A DNA stretch of 64,000 bases from Acidobacteriota bacterium (GCA_965217775.1 CBDCJH010000002.1:5216001-5280000); one strand, 5' to 3'; counted from the first letter of the stretch, positions 39,283-50,119 are shown. Made by a program: numbers and translations. The notes: generated by a model not told the origin, from the letters alone.

Positions 39283-39446
39283 TATCAGTCCGTGGTGAAA
39301 GTCCCGCGAGCACCGAGACCGTTCCTGCGCCCGCCGGACAAGGCGCTTCGGAGGGAGCATACCGGGAGTATGTGAGCCGATGGCAACGCAGTCCGCCGGG
39401 ATGCAGGGACGGTCGAATGCCGTGAGGACTTTTGCCACGGGCTGTA
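39283..39446 (+). mobile_element. 164-bp MITE-like repeat, copy 3
   Basis: Same TIRs and body; slightly more diverged in the central hairpin. Confidence 0.83.
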
Positions 39447-39453
39447 TACTCAC

Positions 39454-39981
39454 GTGGTGAGATTCATCTTTCCGGCCGGTCTGCTCTGGGCGGTCTTGCT
39501 GCCTGGAGTGATGACGGCACAGGATTCCGAGTCGCCGGTCTCGGCTCGGAACTTTCTCTGGGTCAACCAAGATTTCTGCACCGCTGGACAACCGACCCAC
39601 CAGGACCTGATCCGCCTGAAGCAAAAAGGAGTCCACTCGGTCTTGAACCTGCGGACCGCCGCCGAGGACCCCGGCGTGGCGAAAGAGGGAGCTGCAGTGC
39701 AGGCGCTGGGACTCAAATATTTCCACCTTCCGGTGGACTCGAGTCGCCTGACTCCGAAGCTGGGAGACGAGTTTCTGCGGATCGTCTCGGATGAGTCGAA
39801 CCGGCCCCTTTTCATCCATTGCGCCAGCGCCAATCGGGTCGGAGCGTTCTGGATTCTTCACCGAGTGGTCAATCATGGCTGGACCATGGCGAAGGCGGAG
39901 GAAGAGGCCCGTAAGATCGGCCTGCGATCCAAGAAGTTGCTCGAGTTCGCCAGGAAGTACCTCGAACAAGCTGGCCACTGA
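39454..39981 (+). CDS. secreted DUF442-like Cys phosphatase / sulfurtransferase
   Basis: AGQP, VLNLR, HCASANR (CX5R). Confidence 0.82.
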   Translation: MVRFIFPAGLLWAVLLPGVMTAQDSESPVSARNFLWVNQDFCTAGQPTHQDLIRLKQKGVHSVLNLRTAAEDPGVAKEGAAVQALGLKYFHLPVDSSRLTPKLGDEFLRIVSDESNRPLFIHCASANRVGAFWILHRVVNHGWTMAKAEEEARKIGLRSKKLLEFARKYLEQAGH

Positions 39982-39999
39982 ATACCCGGGAGGTCTGAT

Positions 40000-42855
40000 A
40001 TGCGCTGGAATCTGGGGCTGATCTTGCTTTTTCTGCCTTGCGCCGTTGCGGCCTGGGGCCAGACGGAGACGAAGGTCTGGAAGGAATCCAGCTTCGAGGA
40101 TTTCGTTGACGGCAGGTTTGGCGACGGCGGCGCCAACACCTACGTTTCCCGGCGCGGACGCATCCAATTGGTGAATCGATGGGACCTCAATCAGGATGGG
40201 TTCATCGACCTGGTCTTTTCCAACACCCATCCCCACAAGGAGAAGATGGACGCGGCCATCTATTGGGGAAACGGCAGGGACTTCGACGTGTCCCGCCGCT
40301 CCTTCATCCCCAACGATGGCGCCCAGTGGGCGGCGGCCGGCGATCTGGATGGGGACGGCCGGATGGACGTGGTCTTCCCCAACTACACTAACGGCACCTG
40401 GGACGGCATGGACTCGTTCGTTTATTTCGGCGGCATCGAGGAGTTGAAGAACCGCCGGGACGACTCGGCGTGGGGTTTCCACCCCTTTTCCAGGAAGATC
40501 ACCCTCCCTTCGCGGGCGGCACAGGGAGCCGCCGTGGCCGATCTGAACCGTGACGGACACCCCGACGTGGTCCTGGCCCTGTCCGCCGGATTCTGGGAGT
40601 ATCGTGTCGGATTTCGGGGAGGGGGTTACGATTCGCCGTCCCGAGTCTTTTGGGGTTCCGCCCAAGGTCCCGACCGGGAGCGCTACGTGGATGTCCCGGC
40701 CCTGGGGGCCTCGGACGCTGCGGTCGCCGATCTGAACCAGGATGGATGGCCCGACCTCATCCTGGCCAACCAGGAAGACAAGGGGAACCAGGACATCGAT
40801 TCCTATGTTCTGTGGGGTGGTGAGGGAGGCTTCAGTCCCCAGCGCAAGGTGGATCTTCCGACCCATCAGGCCTTCGCCGTGGAGGCCGCCGACGTGAATG
40901 GCGACGGCCGCACGGATCTGGTGATCGCCAACGGGAAGGGCCCGGCTTCTTTCGTCTATCTCAACAGTGCGGAAGGCTTCTCGGCCGAGAGACGGCTGGA
41001 GCTTTCCACCAGTAATGCCCGCGACACCGCCGTCGCCGATTTCAACGGCGACGGCCACCAGGACATCTTCTTCACCAATCATCAGTCCCACGGAAACCCT
41101 CTCACCTACTCCTATCTGTATTGGGGCTCTGCGGAAGGCTTCTCCAATGAGCGGCGCCAAGAGTTCGAGACGGTGGGGGCCTGGGGCGTCTCGGCGGCCG
41201 ATCTGAATCGGGACGGGCACGTCGACCTGGTCATCTCCAACTACAAGGAACACTTTTCGTTCGAGGTTCCCTCCTATATCCAATGGAACTCCGAACAGGG
41301 ATTCGCTCCCACCCGGCGCACCTCCCTCTTCACCCAGGGCGCGGTGGGAAACCTGGTCACCGACTTCGACGGCGACGGCCATCCGGACGTGCTCTTCAAC
41401 AACACGGTGGCGCGCAGCCGGGGCGGAAACAGTCCCGTTTTCGTCTACTGGGGAGACGCCCAGGGCCACTACAGCGTCGAGCGGCGAATCTCGCTGCCCG
41501 CCGTCGACCCCTATGAATGGGGATCGGCGGACCTGGACGACGACGGCTGGACCGATCTGGTGGTCTCCAACTTTGGAGAGACGGTTCGGTGGCGCCAGGA
41601 GAGCCACGTCTACTGGGGTGATCCGAAGGGGTTCCAGGTCGACAACCGGTCCGCCCTGATGGGACGCGGCAGCGCCGGCGTGAGCATTGCCGATCTGGAC
41701 CGGGACGGATGGCTGGACGTGGTCCTGTCCAACGTCCCCAGTGAGGAGTTGGCGGAAACGGGAGCGTTCGTCTACTGGGGTGGCGGCGAAGGGTTCGTGG
41801 TCACCGAGCGGCTGGAGTTGGACAACGGGCCCACCGGCATCCCCGCCATTGCCGATCTGAACCGGGACGGACACCTGGACCTCGTTTTCTCGGCCAACGC
41901 AGAGGGTGTCCCCATCTATTGGGGCGACGGAAGCCGCGGCTACTCCTCGTCGCGCCGTGGCATCGTTCCCGGGTCGTCCGGCCTCCGGGGCGTGGAGGTC
42001 GCCGACCTGAATCGGGACGGAGTGCTCGATCTGGTCCTGAGCCGTTCCATCGAAGCGGGTTCCCGGTTGACCACCGGGTTCGTCTATTGGGGCTCGGGAA
42101 AGGGAGAATACGCTGCCGACCGGCGCACCATGTTCGAGATCGAAGGGGCCAACCTGATCACGGTGGCGGACGTGAACCAGGACGGATGGCTGGACCTAGT
42201 GTGCCCCAATTACAACACCGGGTCGAGCCGGGCGACTCTCTCGCGGGTGCATCTGGGCGGACCTGACGGGTTCGACCCGAAGCGGATGTTCGAGCTACCC
42301 ACCAACTCCGGGGCCGGAAGCATGGTGGCGGACTTCAACCAGGATGGATACGCCGACATTCTCTTCGTCTGCCACCGTTCCGAGGGGGACGCCAACCGGA
42401 CCGGATCCTTCGGCGATCACGTCACCAACTCCTTCCTCTACTGGGGAGGAGGCGACGGCTTCCGAGCGGACCGCCGGCTGGAGATCCCGGTCCGCGGACC
42501 CCATAACGACTCGGGGGTGGACCTGGGCAACATCTACGACCGGCGATACGAGTTCGAGTACGTCTCGTCGGCCTACTCGTTCACTGAGGGCCGTCCGGCG
42601 ACCCTGACCTGGAAAGCCCAGACTCCACTGGGCAGCCGAGTGCGTTTCCAGATCAGGACGGCCGAGTCGGAAGCAGAATTGGACGGAGCCGTGTGGCGGG
42701 GACCCGGCGGTCCGGCGACATTCTTCGAGCATCCCGCCGAAATCCCGTATACGGATCCGTCGCACTCGGTGATTCAATACCGTGCGACTCTTCATCCCGC
42801 TCCCACCGGAGTCGTATCGCCGATCCTGGAAGAAGTGGTCGTGCTGTTCCGGTAG
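40000..42855 (+). CDS. secreted FG-GAP/VCBS repeat protein
   Basis: More than 12 ADLNxDGxxDLV repeats with YWG motifs. Confidence 0.9.
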   Translation: MRWNLGLILLFLPCAVAAWGQTETKVWKESSFEDFVDGRFGDGGANTYVSRRGRIQLVNRWDLNQDGFIDLVFSNTHPHKEKMDAAIYWGNGRDFDVSRRSFIPNDGAQWAAAGDLDGDGRMDVVFPNYTNGTWDGMDSFVYFGGIEELKNRRDDSAWGFHPFSRKITLPSRAAQGAAVADLNRDGHPDVVLALSAGFWEYRVGFRGGGYDSPSRVFWGSAQGPDRERYVDVPALGASDAAVADLNQDGWPDLILANQEDKGNQDIDSYVLWGGEGGFSPQRKVDLPTHQAFAVEAADVNGDGRTDLVIANGKGPASFVYLNSAEGFSAERRLELSTSNARDTAVADFNGDGHQDIFFTNHQSHGNPLTYSYLYWGSAEGFSNERRQEFETVGAWGVSAADLNRDGHVDLVISNYKEHFSFEVPSYIQWNSEQGFAPTRRTSLFTQGAVGNLVTDFDGDGHPDVLFNNTVARSRGGNSPVFVYWGDAQGHYSVERRISLPAVDPYEWGSADLDDDGWTDLVVSNFGETVRWRQESHVYWGDPKGFQVDNRSALMGRGSAGVSIADLDRDGWLDVVLSNVPSEELAETGAFVYWGGGEGFVVTERLELDNGPTGIPAIADLNRDGHLDLVFSANAEGVPIYWGDGSRGYSSSRRGIVPGSSGLRGVEVADLNRDGVLDLVLSRSIEAGSRLTTGFVYWGSGKGEYAADRRTMFEIEGANLITVADVNQDGWLDLVCPNYNTGSSRATLSRVHLGGPDGFDPKRMFELPTNSGAGSMVADFNQDGYADILFVCHRSEGDANRTGSFGDHVTNSFLYWGGGDGFRADRRLEIPVRGPHNDSGVDLGNIYDRRYEFEYVSSAYSFTEGRPATLTWKAQTPLGSRVRFQIRTAESEAELDGAVWRGPGGPATFFEHPAEIPYTDPSHSVIQYRATLHPAPTGVVSPILEEVVVLFR

Positions 42856-42954
42856 GGAATTCGCTCCCGGCATCTGCAACCGGGGAGACTCTACCGTTTC
42901 CATCCGGAGACGGCGGGACTCGTTCTCCACGGAACCTCGCTACCCATGTAGCTT

Positions 42955-43362
42955 TTACCCGGTTTGTGGCGTCACCAGTTTCACTGCAGGGAAGTAGGTC
43001 TGGTATCGCCTCATGTCCCTCGTAAGAAGTGTCAGTCCTTGCGTCTCGGCGTGCGCGCCGATGTAGAAATCCGGTAGCGGCGATGACCGCACACCTCCGG
43101 CGCGACGGTACCGGAGAAAGGCTCTCGCTGCGAGAAACCCAGCCTCGTACGGTAGCTGAAAACGTACGAGCATAAAGGCATTCAGGTGATGGTCCAATTC
43201 TCTGGGGTCGGTGAAAGAAAGGGATGTCTCGGCGTAGATGATCGGGTTGATTCCGACTACTCCGGAGACCAGTGAATCACGTATTGAACGCTCGGACCAG
43301 GGACGCCAGACCGGGTCGTCCGAGAAGATGTCGAGCAATACGTTGGTGTCGACCAGAAACAC
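42955..43362 (-). CDS. vapC: VapC PIN-domain toxin
   Basis: LVDTNVLLD, IYAE, PLPDFYIGAHA, LLTRD. Confidence 0.9.
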   Translation of the reverse strand: MFLVDTNVLLDIFSDDPVWRPWSERSIRDSLVSGVVGINPIIYAETSLSFTDPRELDHHLNAFMLVRFQLPYEAGFLAARAFLRYRRAGGVRSSPLPDFYIGAHAETQGLTLLTRDMRRYQTYFPAVKLVTPQTG

Positions 43363-43593
43363 TCAGTCGTCCCCGCGCGTCAGCCGCATCACGTCATCGG
43401 TGCCGAGCCCACTGTCCGCGACGCCGCGTGCGTCGCGGAGGCGCTGCTCTATGAGCGCTCGTTTGGTCAACACGGGACGGATCAACACTCCACCGTCAGA
43501 CTCTTCGAAGGCCGCCTCCGTATTGGGGAGCAGTCCGAACTTCAGCCTGAGGCGCTGGGGGATTGTCACCTGACCCTTAGAGGTAATTCTCAT
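43363..43593 (-). CDS. vapB: AbrB/MazE-type antitoxin
   Basis: MRITSKGQVTIP; directly upstream of vapC. Confidence 0.9.
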   Translation of the reverse strand: MRITSKGQVTIPQRLRLKFGLLPNTEAAFEESDGGVLIRPVLTKRALIEQRLRDARGVADSGLGTDDVMRLTRGDD

Positions 43594-43623
43594 TGTAAGA
43601 GTATTACTGACTAAAGTCTTACA
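43594..43623. promoter_or_regulatory. putative TA autoregulatory operator
   Basis: TGTAAGA-N16-TCTTACA inverted repeat abutting the antitoxin ATG. Confidence 0.55.
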
Positions 43624-43730
43624 TTCAAGGCCCATCGAGTGACGACGGGTTCAGACCGGTGTGGTCAGTCCTCCTGTGGCGAATATCGGACCATCGGATC
43701 GTGTGAAAGCAGGAAAAGCTGCAATTCGCG

Positions 43731-44774
43731 TCAGGCCTGGATCCCATAGATCTCCATGGCGGTCCCGCCCCGGATCTGGGCAATGTCGCTTTCGCTCATG
43801 TACGGGCACCGCTCCTTGACGTAATCGAACTGGTGCCGGTATTGCTCGACGGTCGGAAGGTTCACGTGGGTGTACTCGGAGCCCCACATCAGCTTGGACG
43901 GGCCGAAGGTGTCGTAAAACGCCTTGAGGACCACGTCGCCGGGACCATACATGTCGGACTTGTGCTGGAGTCCGGTGAGGATCTCCATGACGACGTTGTA
44001 GTTTCTGACCAGCTCGACGACCGCTTCAGGAATTCGGACGGAGCCATCGTCCTGCAGGCAACTGGGCGGCCAATAGCCGTGGATGACGACCACCTTCAGA
44101 TCCGGAAACCGTTTGACCACGTTCAAAAGAGCCGGTCCCAGGGTCTGGAAGTTGTACGAATAAGACGTGATGCAGACGGGGACGCCCAGTGATTGGACCA
44201 GTTCCCATTGAGGGTCGTAACGGGGATGGTCGAAGTGGTAGAAGGGGTCGGGGGTGCCCCACTCCTTGGGGTCCATCCCCATTTTAACCCTCTGTTCCGG
44301 TGGCCAGCAGTCGTAGTACCAGCCCTTGAACCCCCATTCCTCGATGTGTTGCTGGATCAGCTTCAGCCCGCGGTCACCGGGGAGCAGCCGTTCGTCGATC
44401 TTGCTGATGGCGACGAACCGGCCCGGATGTTCCTTCATCACGCGGCGGTGGTATCGGTGCAGGTAGAAGGCGCATTGGAGCACCTGCATTTCGATGCCGA
44501 CGGCATCCATCAGGTAGAGGTTGTCCCGGTGGGACATCCCGTACTTCCAGTTTTTTCTGTACTCTCCATCCAGGTCTTGAATCTCAACTTGGCTGATGTG
44601 GCCATGGGCATCGATCTTCAGGGGCCGGTCGTCCTTCCTGTTTGGGCCAGAGATACGCGCGCTTCGCGCCTCGGCTCCGACAAGATGGGCGGCGGCGGCG
44701 GTCCCCAGGGCCTGTGCGGATCGGTGAAGAAAACCGCGGCGAGTCTGAGCGCCGTCAACTCGAGAACTCAACAT
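43731..44774 (-). CDS. Tat-exported amidohydrolase-2 family protein
   Basis: RRGFL, IDAHGH, LMWGSEY. Confidence 0.8.
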   Translation of the reverse strand: MLSSRVDGAQTRRGFLHRSAQALGTAAAAHLVGAEARSARISGPNRKDDRPLKIDAHGHISQVEIQDLDGEYRKNWKYGMSHRDNLYLMDAVGIEMQVLQCAFYLHRYHRRVMKEHPGRFVAISKIDERLLPGDRGLKLIQQHIEEWGFKGWYYDCWPPEQRVKMGMDPKEWGTPDPFYHFDHPRYDPQWELVQSLGVPVCITSYSYNFQTLGPALLNVVKRFPDLKVVVIHGYWPPSCLQDDGSVRIPEAVVELVRNYNVVMEILTGLQHKSDMYGPGDVVLKAFYDTFGPSKLMWGSEYTHVNLPTVEQYRHQFDYVKERCPYMSESDIAQIRGGTAMEIYGIQA

Positions 44775-44846
44775 GGATCACCTCCTGGACCACGGGACGT
44801 CACTGGTCCGAATCGATGTGGAAGATACGGAATACGACAGTTCGTA

Positions 44847-46568
44847 TCAATATTCCAGCCGCGTTTCAGGGTGAGAGTCCGGTGGTTCGCTCCTTTGGCC
44901 GGCGGTCTTGACCCATCCCTGCGGTCGGAGCACGACATCCAGGAAACTGGTTCGATCCTTCTGAATTGACACCAGTTTGGGCCGAACCGTCGCCAGTTCC
45001 GATTGGGTCCTTCTCGACTCCTGAGTCCAGTCCAGCTCCGGGCGCGAGTGGAAGCTCAAGGAGTAGAGGCCCGGCGGGATCCCTTCCAGGCTGAAACGCC
45101 CCTCTTGGGAAAAGCTCCTGAAGATACCCAGGTCGAAACCATCCTTTCTCAATACGATGGTGAAATCCCATACGGGATTCCCGTCGGAATCAGCGACGTT
45201 GCCCTCGATCCGCCCCCCACTCTTGACCCGTAGATCGATGTTGGCCTGGTAGGACCGGATCACCTTGGCCTCCGTGATGCCGCGTCCCAGGTGAAGGGCC
45301 GTGGCATAGATGCGAAAGGGGTACTCGGTGGCGTGATAGGTTTGCGTCTGCTTCGACCCGCCGGCCTCCCCGGCGATCGGGGAGACGATACCCTTGCCGC
45401 TCTCCAGGGCGGTCCCGATCACGAAGGGATCCGCGACGGTCCTTCCGTTGCTATCGTAGACTCGCACCGTGAAGCTCCGGTAAGCCTTGAGGACCGGAAA
45501 GATCTCGGTGTCCCGGATCACTTCATATACTTCCCGGAACTTCTGGTAGCCGTCGAGTTGAGCTCTCACCGTGGCGAGACCCGGCGGCAGATCGAATTCG
45601 AAGTAGCCTTCCGAGTCGGTGGTGGCATGGTCAAATCCCGTCCTACCGGACTCCATCCGCAGGTCCAGGTTGACCTTCGCCGCAGCCAGGGGGCCTCCCT
45701 CCTCACCGGAGATCCAACCCGGCAGCCGGACCATTTCGTCCGGTTCGGTCAGGACTATCTCGAGGGGTCCCGGAGGAGGGACATGGACCACTCCTACATA
45801 GGGTCGAAACCTCAATGTGAACACGTTGATCGCGTATCTCCCCTTCGGGGCTTCCAGCGAGAAGAATCCGTTCCGGTCCGTCTTGGCCCATCGAGGCTGT
45901 TCTGCTCTTCTCTGAATTCGGTTCCAAACCCGGACCGGGACATCGGCGGGTTTTTTGTGACGCAGACGCGTTCCCTCCTTCGACTCAGGTTCGGCCCGGA
46001 GGGAAATGGGAACCTCCGGGACTCCCTGACCGGTCCGGTCCCGGACCGATCCGGTCACCAGGGTCTCGGGGACTCTCGAGAGCAGGGGTATCGTGCGCCG
46101 AGCCTCAAGCCCCTCTGCTGCAAGGCTGACGTGGTGGGAGAGGTAGTCCGGATGCAGCGCAAACAGCCAGTAATGCCCGCGGTCCAGTTCTAAAGTGGTC
46201 CGTCCATCTGGTCCGGTCTCCCCTGAAAATTTCCTGGACCACGACCACAAATCCGCGACGTGAACCGTGGCCTCCGGCAGCGGAACTCGAGTTTCTTCAT
46301 CGATCACCAGGACCTCAAGCCGGGTTGGAGCATCGTTCCATTCCCCGGCTCTCTTCGCCGTACCGACCTTCGGAAGCTCTTGAGGTCTTTTCTCGCCGGC
46401 GCCGTACGGCGCCGGCCGCCGCACTCCGTCCTCGTCTCGAGGCGTCTGGATCTGGGAACTGGAGTGGGGAGTCGACACGGACTCCGGATCCGGACCGCCG
46501 TCGCGGAGAAGCAGGAAAACCAGGATCATCGCCAGTGGGAGCAGCAGGAATCGACGGGACCTGCCCAT
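44847..46568 (-). CDS. carboxypeptidase-regulatory-like (beta-sandwich) repeat protein
   Basis: N-terminal anchor; repeated G.V.D..G.P / TD..G.F modules. Confidence 0.75.
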   Translation of the reverse strand: MGRSRRFLLLPLAMILVFLLLRDGGPDPESVSTPHSSSQIQTPRDEDGVRRPAPYGAGEKRPQELPKVGTAKRAGEWNDAPTRLEVLVIDEETRVPLPEATVHVADLWSWSRKFSGETGPDGRTTLELDRGHYWLFALHPDYLSHHVSLAAEGLEARRTIPLLSRVPETLVTGSVRDRTGQGVPEVPISLRAEPESKEGTRLRHKKPADVPVRVWNRIQRRAEQPRWAKTDRNGFFSLEAPKGRYAINVFTLRFRPYVGVVHVPPPGPLEIVLTEPDEMVRLPGWISGEEGGPLAAAKVNLDLRMESGRTGFDHATTDSEGYFEFDLPPGLATVRAQLDGYQKFREVYEVIRDTEIFPVLKAYRSFTVRVYDSNGRTVADPFVIGTALESGKGIVSPIAGEAGGSKQTQTYHATEYPFRIYATALHLGRGITEAKVIRSYQANIDLRVKSGGRIEGNVADSDGNPVWDFTIVLRKDGFDLGIFRSFSQEGRFSLEGIPPGLYSLSFHSRPELDWTQESRRTQSELATVRPKLVSIQKDRTSFLDVVLRPQGWVKTAGQRSEPPDSHPETRLEY

Positions 46569-46599
46569 GTCTCGTCTCCGGGCGGTACTTCAGAGGGCG

Positions 46600-46675
46600 T
46601 GGAGGCGGCGACCGGATTCGAACCGGTGAATGGAGGTTTTGCAGACCTCTCCCTTAGCCACTTGGGTACGCCGCC
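46600..46675 (-). tRNA. tRNA-Cys(GCA)
   Basis: Reverse complement GGCGGCGTACCCAAGTGG...CTGCAAA...GTTCGAATCCGGTCGCCGCCTCCA. Confidence 0.96.
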
Positions 46676-46748
46676 ACCGATTCCGTCCATTATAGGGAAC
46701 GCCGGAATTGGAACTCAAATCTACGAGATCTGAGACCCGGAAGGATTC

Positions 46749-46777
46749 TTGACCGGTTGCGGTATTTCCAATAGCTT
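46749..46777 (+). promoter_or_regulatory. sigma70-like promoter for the bio operon
   Basis: TTGACC-N17-TAGCTT upstream of bioF; a divergent TATAAT (46689-46694, minus strand) serves tRNA-Cys. Confidence 0.5.
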
Positions 46778-46801
46778 GTACCCCATGCCGGCGGGGACTC
46801 C

Positions 46802-47953
46802 ATGAGAACTCTCGGTCGGGAATTGGAGCACCGCCTCGAGCGGATCCGCTCGTCCGGCCGCTACCGGTCCCTTGAGGAAGCGTCCCCCCAGCTAGAGGAC
46901 TTCTGCTCCAACGACTACCTTGATCTGTCCCGCGATCCCCGGCTGAGGGCGTTCCTGATCGAGCGCCTGCAAGAGGAGGCCGGGTCCCGTCCCGTCTCCG
47001 CCCCCTCCTCCCGGCTGCTGCGGGGAAACACGCCGCAACACCGCTTCCTGGAAGAGAAGCTGGCCCGCTTCAAGGGAACCGAAGCTGCCTTGGTGTTTCC
47101 CAGCGGCTACCAAGCCAACCTGGGTCTCCTCTCCACCCTCATGGGTCCCCGGGACCGAGTGGTTTCGGACCGGCTCAACCATGCCAGCATCATCGACGGA
47201 ATTCGCTTGAGCGGGGCGCGGAAGGTCATCCACCCACACCGGGATCTGGGGGCGATGCGAACCGCTCTCTCGTCTCCCCATCCGCGGGGGCGAACCTTTC
47301 TGGTCACCGAGTCCCTTTTCAGCATGGATGGAGACATCGCCCCATTGGACCAGTACGCCGACTTGGCCGAGGAGTGGGGAGCCGATCTGATCGTGGACGA
47401 CTCCCATGCCACCGGTCTCTTCGGCGACGGTCGAGGGTCGGGTCTCACGGAGCATTTCGGAATCGAGAAACGGGTTGCGGCCATCGTCTCGGGGTGCGGC
47501 AAAGGCCTGGGAGTGGCCGGCGCCTTCGTGGCCGGCCCCCGAACCGTCATCGAATACCTGATCAACGCTTGCCGCAGCTTCATCTTCACGACCTCCACGC
47601 CGCCGCTTCTCCTCTACGCGTTGGAGGCGGCGTTGGACATCATCCGGAGCGACCCGGAACGCCGGGAACGGGTCCTGGAGCTCTCCCACCTCCTGCGCCG
47701 GCAACTGAGAGCACAGGGACTGGACACATTGGACAGCGCGGGCCCCATCGTGCCGGTCATCCTGGGGGACAACCGCCGTGCTCTGGCCGTCGCCCAGCGG
47801 CTTCGAGAGCAGGGCTTGGACGTGAGGGCGCTTCGTCCCCCCACGGTGCCGGCCGGAACCGCACGGCTCCGGATCTCGGTTCATGCCAACCATACTCCCG
47901 AGCAGTTGGATCGCCTGTGCCGGGCTCTGGCTCAAGCCCTGGAGGCCGTTTGA
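46802..47953 (+). CDS. bioF: 8-amino-7-oxononanoate synthase
   Basis: FCSNDYL, SGYQAN, NHASIIDG, ESLFSMDGD, RPPTVP..ARLRIS. Confidence 0.93.
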   Translation: MRTLGRELEHRLERIRSSGRYRSLEEASPQLEDFCSNDYLDLSRDPRLRAFLIERLQEEAGSRPVSAPSSRLLRGNTPQHRFLEEKLARFKGTEAALVFPSGYQANLGLLSTLMGPRDRVVSDRLNHASIIDGIRLSGARKVIHPHRDLGAMRTALSSPHPRGRTFLVTESLFSMDGDIAPLDQYADLAEEWGADLIVDDSHATGLFGDGRGSGLTEHFGIEKRVAAIVSGCGKGLGVAGAFVAGPRTVIEYLINACRSFIFTTSTPPLLLYALEAALDIIRSDPERRERVLELSHLLRRQLRAQGLDTLDSAGPIVPVILGDNRRALAVAQRLREQGLDVRALRPPTVPAGTARLRISVHANHTPEQLDRLCRALAQALEAV

Positions 47954-48642
47954 TGGAAATCGTGGTCACCGGAACCGGAACCGAGATCGGGAAGACGGTC
48001 GTTTCCGCCGTTCTCCTGGCCCGCTGGTCCGGACAATTGGGAGTGAGCTACTGGAAACCCGTTGCCACGGGGGCGGAGGAGGGAAGCGACAGCCGGGAGG
48101 TGGCTTCCCTGGTGGGGCCGGAGCTGCGGGTTCTGGAGGAGTGTTACCGGTTCGCGCCTCCTCTCTCGCCTCACCTGGCGGCCCGTTTGGCTGGAGTCGA
48201 GATCGAACCGGAACGCATTCTTTCCGCCTACCGGCGTCATCGGGAGTCCTCGGGAAACGGTCTTCTGGTCGTGGAGGGGATCGGAGGGCTCCTCGTGCCC
48301 CTGACCGATCGAGGGTATCTCCTGGCCGATCTCCTGAGCGCCCTGGACCTGCCCTGTCTCGTGGTCTCGTCGAGCCGGCTCGGGACCATCAACCACACTC
48401 TCCTGACCCTGGAAGCGCTCCGTTCCAGAGGCCTGAGTCTGGCGGGAGTGGTCCTGAACGGTCCCGCCAACCTGGAAAATCGGTGGGCCATCGAGAGGTT
48501 TGGCCAGACCCGTGTCGTGGCGGAGTTGGAACCGCTCAATCCCCTCTCTCGGGAGACCGTTGCCCGGGCAGCTTCCGAATTCGACCCGGAAGGTGTTTTG
48601 GAGCACAATCTCCGGCAGTCCCGGTCGGACGGCAGGGTGTAG
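47953..48642 (+). CDS. bioD: dethiobiotin synthase
   Basis: VTGTGTEIGKT, YWKPV, EGIGG, LGTINHT; ATG overlaps the bioF stop. Confidence 0.93.
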   Translation: MEIVVTGTGTEIGKTVVSAVLLARWSGQLGVSYWKPVATGAEEGSDSREVASLVGPELRVLEECYRFAPPLSPHLAARLAGVEIEPERILSAYRRHRESSGNGLLVVEGIGGLLVPLTDRGYLLADLLSALDLPCLVVSSSRLGTINHTLLTLEALRSRGLSLAGVVLNGPANLENRWAIERFGQTRVVAELEPLNPLSRETVARAASEFDPEGVLEHNLRQSRSDGRV

Positions 48643-48662
48643 TACGGTAGCGAGTGTCAGCA

Positions 48663-49991
48663 ATGGGAGATTTCGGCGGCTGGGTGTCCCAGGATCGGAA
48701 ATACGTCTGGCATCCGTTTACCCAGATGCAGACGGCGCCTCCTCCGATTCCCATAGAGCGGGCCCAGGGGATCTATCTCCATACGGCGGACGGCCGGCGC
48801 CTATTGGACGGCATCTCCTCCTGGTGGGTCAACATCCACGGACACAATCATCCCCGTCTCAACCGCGCGTTGGAGGAACAGGCTTCGCGGCTGGGGCACG
48901 TGCTGTTTGCCGGTTGCACACATGAACCGGCGGCACGGTTGGCCTCCGAGCTGGTCCGGCGGGCGCCGTCAGGGTTGACCCGGGTCTTCTTCTCGGACAA
49001 CGGATCCACTTCGGTGGAAGTGGCTCTGAAGATGTCCTACCAGTACTGGAGGAACCGGGGCGAGACCCGGGATCTCTTCATCTCTCTGAAACATGCCTAC
49101 CATGGCGACACGCTGGGGGCCATGGGAGTGGGGGGAGTCGATGCCTTCCATGCCCAGTTCGCGGACCTTCTGGTTCAGCAGCTCCAGACCCACTCCCCCA
49201 CCTGCCGAACCTGCCCGGTGGGACGCATCCGCGCCACCTGCCGGATCGAGTGCAGCGGCCGGCTTGAGGATCTCCTGCGGGAGTCGGGTCACCGGGTGGC
49301 GGCGGTCATCGTGGAACCCATGGTTCAGGGGGCCGGTGGAATGATCATCTGGCCGGTGGAGTTCCTGAACCTGGTTCGGGACCTGACTCGCCGGCACGGG
49401 ACGCTGCTCATTGCCGACGAGGTTTTCACCGGCTTCGGCAGGACCGGAAAGATGTTTGCCTGCGAACATGGACCGGTGACGCCCGATCTCATGTGCCTCT
49501 CCAAAGCCCTCACGGGCGGGTATCTTCCCCTGGCCGCCACCTTGGTGACCGAGCCCTTGTACCAGGCGTTCCTCAGCGAGGATCGGGGGCGCGGGTTTCT
49601 GCACGGACATTCCTACACCGCCAACCCCCTGGGATGCGCCGTCGCCCTGGAAAGCCTGCTGCTGTTCGATCAGGAAAGGCGATTGGAGCGGGTGGCCCGA
49701 TTGGAGCAACTCTTCTCCGAGCGTCTGGCGCGCATCGGCCGGTTGCCGGGCGTGGCCGAGGTTCGAGGCATCGGAGCGCTGGCAGTGGTGGAACTGGAAG
49801 CCGAGGGGGAGGCAGGCTACCTCGACTCTCGATCACCCCGGTTGATCCAAGCCTTTTTGGAGAGGGGTCTTCTGCTACGGCCTCTGGGAAACGTCCTTTA
49901 TTTCCTTCCCCCATACGTCATCGAGGATCGGGAAGTCCACCGGGCCTTCGACGTCATCGAGGAGGTCCTGGTCTCCATCGTTCAAGGTTGA
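48663..49991 (+). CDS. bioA: adenosylmethionine-8-amino-7-oxononanoate aminotransferase
   Basis: WHPFTQM, SSWWVNIHG, YHGDT, DEVFTGFGRTG, SKALTGG, HSYTANP. Confidence 0.95.
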   Translation: MGDFGGWVSQDRKYVWHPFTQMQTAPPPIPIERAQGIYLHTADGRRLLDGISSWWVNIHGHNHPRLNRALEEQASRLGHVLFAGCTHEPAARLASELVRRAPSGLTRVFFSDNGSTSVEVALKMSYQYWRNRGETRDLFISLKHAYHGDTLGAMGVGGVDAFHAQFADLLVQQLQTHSPTCRTCPVGRIRATCRIECSGRLEDLLRESGHRVAAVIVEPMVQGAGGMIIWPVEFLNLVRDLTRRHGTLLIADEVFTGFGRTGKMFACEHGPVTPDLMCLSKALTGGYLPLAATLVTEPLYQAFLSEDRGRGFLHGHSYTANPLGCAVALESLLLFDQERRLERVARLEQLFSERLARIGRLPGVAEVRGIGALAVVELEAEGEAGYLDSRSPRLIQAFLERGLLLRPLGNVLYFLPPYVIEDREVHRAFDVIEEVLVSIVQG

Positions 49992-50119
49992 GGGCCCTTT
50001 CTCCGCCTGTCCTGTCAGCGCACATGCCTGCGGTCTGTTTGCTTTCCGATTTGTGGCTGTGCTAGCCTCCATTCCTGGTTGCGGTTTTACAACCGTGCGT
50101 TGCCGACCATTGGAGGGAG

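Noticed and set aside
42955-46675. tRNA-Cys- or tRNA-Asp-anchored genomic island
   Set aside because: No integrase and no duplicated tRNA 3' end (att site) was found in the window.
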